Shown: one piece after another, positions 62,695 to 64,000 of the stretch | Layout of the letters: each line of letters starts with the position of its first letter | Numbering within the stretch: position 1 is the first letter of the stretch | Source: Patescibacteria group bacterium | GTDB lineage: Bacteria; Patescibacteriota; Patescibacteriia; JAHJFT01 | Assembly: GCA_028710985.1 (NCBI GenBank) | Contig: JAQTTB010000001.1 | Location: 19,280-83,279, forward strand | Reading direction: 5' to 3' | DNA: 64,000 nt | Program-made: the position numbers and the translations under genes | Notes under the pieces: model-generated | The model's database searches: none | What the model was told of the DNA's origin: nothing | What the model saw: the letters and a program-made list of their open reading frames with translations, nothing else

Positions 62695-63773
62695 AATTTT
62701 GTATACAGAGACTGGTATTCATACGCCATTTTCTGGATTGAAAATTCCTTCTCCGTGTAATCCTTGGCCTCTCTTGCCATAAAGAGCGCCTCGCTCGGAT
62801 GCTCGATCATCCATTCAATCGCCTTGGCAAGCGCCGCCTCGTCGCGCGGCGGAACAAGCAGGGCGTTCTTTTTATCTTGAAAAATATCTGCGAGTCCGCC
62901 GACCGCGGATGCGATTATCGGCAGGCCGCTCGCCGCCGCCTCGATCGCCGCGAGTCCCATGCCCTCCCAGAGCGACGGAAAAATAAAAATATCCGCTTGA
63001 GCAAGCAAACTCGGTACATCCTGACGGGCGCCCAGTAATTCGATACGATCCTCGAGACCTAATCCCCTCACGTCGGCAATAATCTTTTCCCGCAGTGCGC
63101 CCTCTCCGACAAGCCACAGCATCCACGGCGTGTCTTTTATTTTATAAAGCGCGCGCACCAAATATTCATGCCCCTTTTGCGGCTCAAGCCGCGCCACATT
63201 GATAAGAACCGGCGGTGATGAAAAGTTTTGTTTTTCCTTTTTTGAAAAACGCGAAAAATCAATACCGTTATATATAATTTTAATTTTATTACGCGGTGCG
63301 CCCTCATGCACCACGGCGTAATCCGCCACGGCCGGCGAGACGGCAATAATTTTTTTGAATATGCCGACCGTCATTTTTTTTATAATTTTCTTTAACATGC
63401 CTTCATTCAAATTCAAATTGTGTTCGGTCTTCACGATCGCCGGAACGCCGGCAAACCGCGCCGCGAGCCCGGCCCAGATATCCGCGCCAAAAAGATGCGT
63501 ATGCACGATTGCCGGTTTTTCTTTTTTGAATAACAGATACAGCGATAAAAAGACTCCAAGCCCCAGCCTGGTGCGCTTAACTAAAACGAGCGGCCTGATA
63601 CCCGCTGCGATAAAATCTTTTTCCAGATTGCCGCCGCGCACCATTGAAACGACTCTGACTTCAAAGATATTTTTATCCAATTTGGAAACCAAATCCAAAA
63701 CCAGCCGCTCCGCGCCTCCGTAGCCAAGAGTCGTAATCACCTGAATAATTTTAATTTTATCCCTCTTTTCCAT
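62691..63773 (-). CDS. glycosyltransferase family 4
   Basis: IKIIQVITTLGYGGAERLVLDL N-terminus. SLWEGMGLAAIEAAASGLPIIASAVGGL motif. Confidence 0.8.
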   Translation of the reverse strand: MEKRDKIKIIQVITTLGYGGAERLVLDLVSKLDKNIFEVRVVSMVRGGNLEKDFIAAGIRPLVLVKRTRLGLGVFLSLYLLFKKEKPAIVHTHLFGADIWAGLAARFAGVPAIVKTEHNLNLNEGMLKKIIKKMTVGIFKKIIAVSPAVADYAVVHEGAPRNKIKIIYNGIDFSRFSKKEKQNFSSPPVLINVARLEPQKGHEYLVRALYKIKDTPWMLWLVGEGALREKIIADVRGLGLEDRIELLGARQDVPSLLAQADIFIFPSLWEGMGLAAIEAAASGLPIIASAVGGLADIFQDKKNALLVPPRDEAALAKAIEWMIEHPSEALFMAREAKDYTEKEFSIQKMAYEYQSLYTKL

Positions 63774-63786
63774 TTTCTAGTATGGG

Positions 63787-63806
63787 TCGCATATATGCGA
63801 CCCCTT
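63787..63806. promoter_or_regulatory. perfect 20-bp palindrome GGGTCGCATATATGCGACCC, 13 nt upstream of the GT4 start codon at 63773
   Basis: Read directly from the sequence. An A-rich run lies on one side and a T-rich run on the other. It could be a terminator of the upstream partial gene, an operator, or both. Confidence 0.5.
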
Positions 63807-63825
63807 CCTTATTTCGTTTTTTTCG

Positions 63826-64000
63826 TTATTTCGTTTTTTCCTCTTTTCTTTTTTTCTTCTCCAGATGCGGCCGCTCTTCGTGACGAAAAACTTTGGTCGC
63901 CGCGAGCGCCAAAGCGAGCGGAATCCATAACTTTGGGCTGTAATAATTTGTATTAAATAATTGATAAGTCATACTTCCCGCGGCCATCACGAGGCACGAA
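63826..64000 (-). CDS. C-terminal fragment of an upstream minus-strand gene (partial; Lys/Glu-rich tail ...HLEKKKRKEEKTK*)
   Basis: The reverse-strand frame is open from the window edge to the TAA at 63828..63826. Product unknown. Confidence 0.35.
   Translation of the reverse strand, partial: SCLVMAAGSMTYQLFNTNYYSPKLWIPLALALAATKVFRHEERPHLEKKKRKEEKTK

Noticed and set aside
1-64000. tRNA, rRNA, transposase, integrase, toxin-antitoxin or restriction-modification genes
   Set aside because: Intergenic regions were scanned for tRNA-like GTTCGA/T-loop signatures and none were found in the proper context. All ORFs over 100 aa are accounted for by the CDS calls above and none show transposase (DDE) or integrase (tyrosine recombinase) motifs.

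Overview
This window looks like a Patescibacteria/CPR-like genome fragment, dominated by cell-surface glycoconjugate biosynthesis; the taxonomic placement is inference from the sequence, not a database hit. It has a short EF-Ts, DUF2304+GT2+GtrA modules, a stand-alone four-helix-bundle protein, a DUF5667 anti-sigma factor and a giant Thr/Ser-rich surface protein. No tRNA, rRNA, CRISPR array, transposase, integrase or reverse transcriptase was found.

Layout:
- The minus strand starts with a housekeeping block. It reads gap, a membrane metallophosphoesterase, then pgk, which is partial because it runs off the 5' edge and so is absent from the ORF track. This is followed by a hypothetical protein, tsf and rpsB.
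- From about 7.1 kb to 47.6 kb and again from 54 kb to 63.8 kb, about 45 genes are mostly tightly packed or overlapping on the minus strand. They encode:
  - a WbaP-type phosphoglycosyl transferase;
  - a Wzx-like flippase;
  - about 17 GT4/GT2 glycosyltransferases;
  - 6 SAM methyltransferase domains;
  - an AsnB-type amidotransferase;
  - a radical SAM/SPASM enzyme;
  - 3 NAD-dependent epimerase/dehydratases plus a GalE-like epimerase;
  - 2-3 GtrA/GtrB/GT-C-like triads for extracytoplasmic glycosylation;
  - a Wzy_C (O-antigen-ligase family) plus TPR protein.
- Immediately beside this block sit a 1259-aa high-GC Thr/Ser-rich surface protein, an S8 subtilase with FG-GAP repeats and an ECF sigma/anti-sigma pair.
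- The core of the glycan block, about 16.0-39.5 kb, is an AT-rich compositional island of about 33-38% GC inside a background of about 50-58% GC.

My main hypothesis is a previously undescribed surface-protein (S-layer-type) O-glycosylation system. It would build a heavily methylated and amidated glycan and couple it to the giant surface protein through the Wzy_C/TPR protein, under ECF-sigma control.

Non-coding space is unusually structured:
- A REP-like palindrome family GGATTCCCGCCTTCGCGGGAATGAC has 5 copies, including a 233-bp MITE-like element with 26-bp inverted termini.
- A repeat of about 215 bp is present twice. It carries a perfect 20-bp palindrome and a hairpin.
- Three perfect TTGAC(A/G)-N17-TATAAT promoters are visible.
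- Two short tandem repeats inside glycosylation genes are phase-variation candidates: a 7-mer x4 and an 8-mer x4.
- Several long inverted repeats overlap gene starts.
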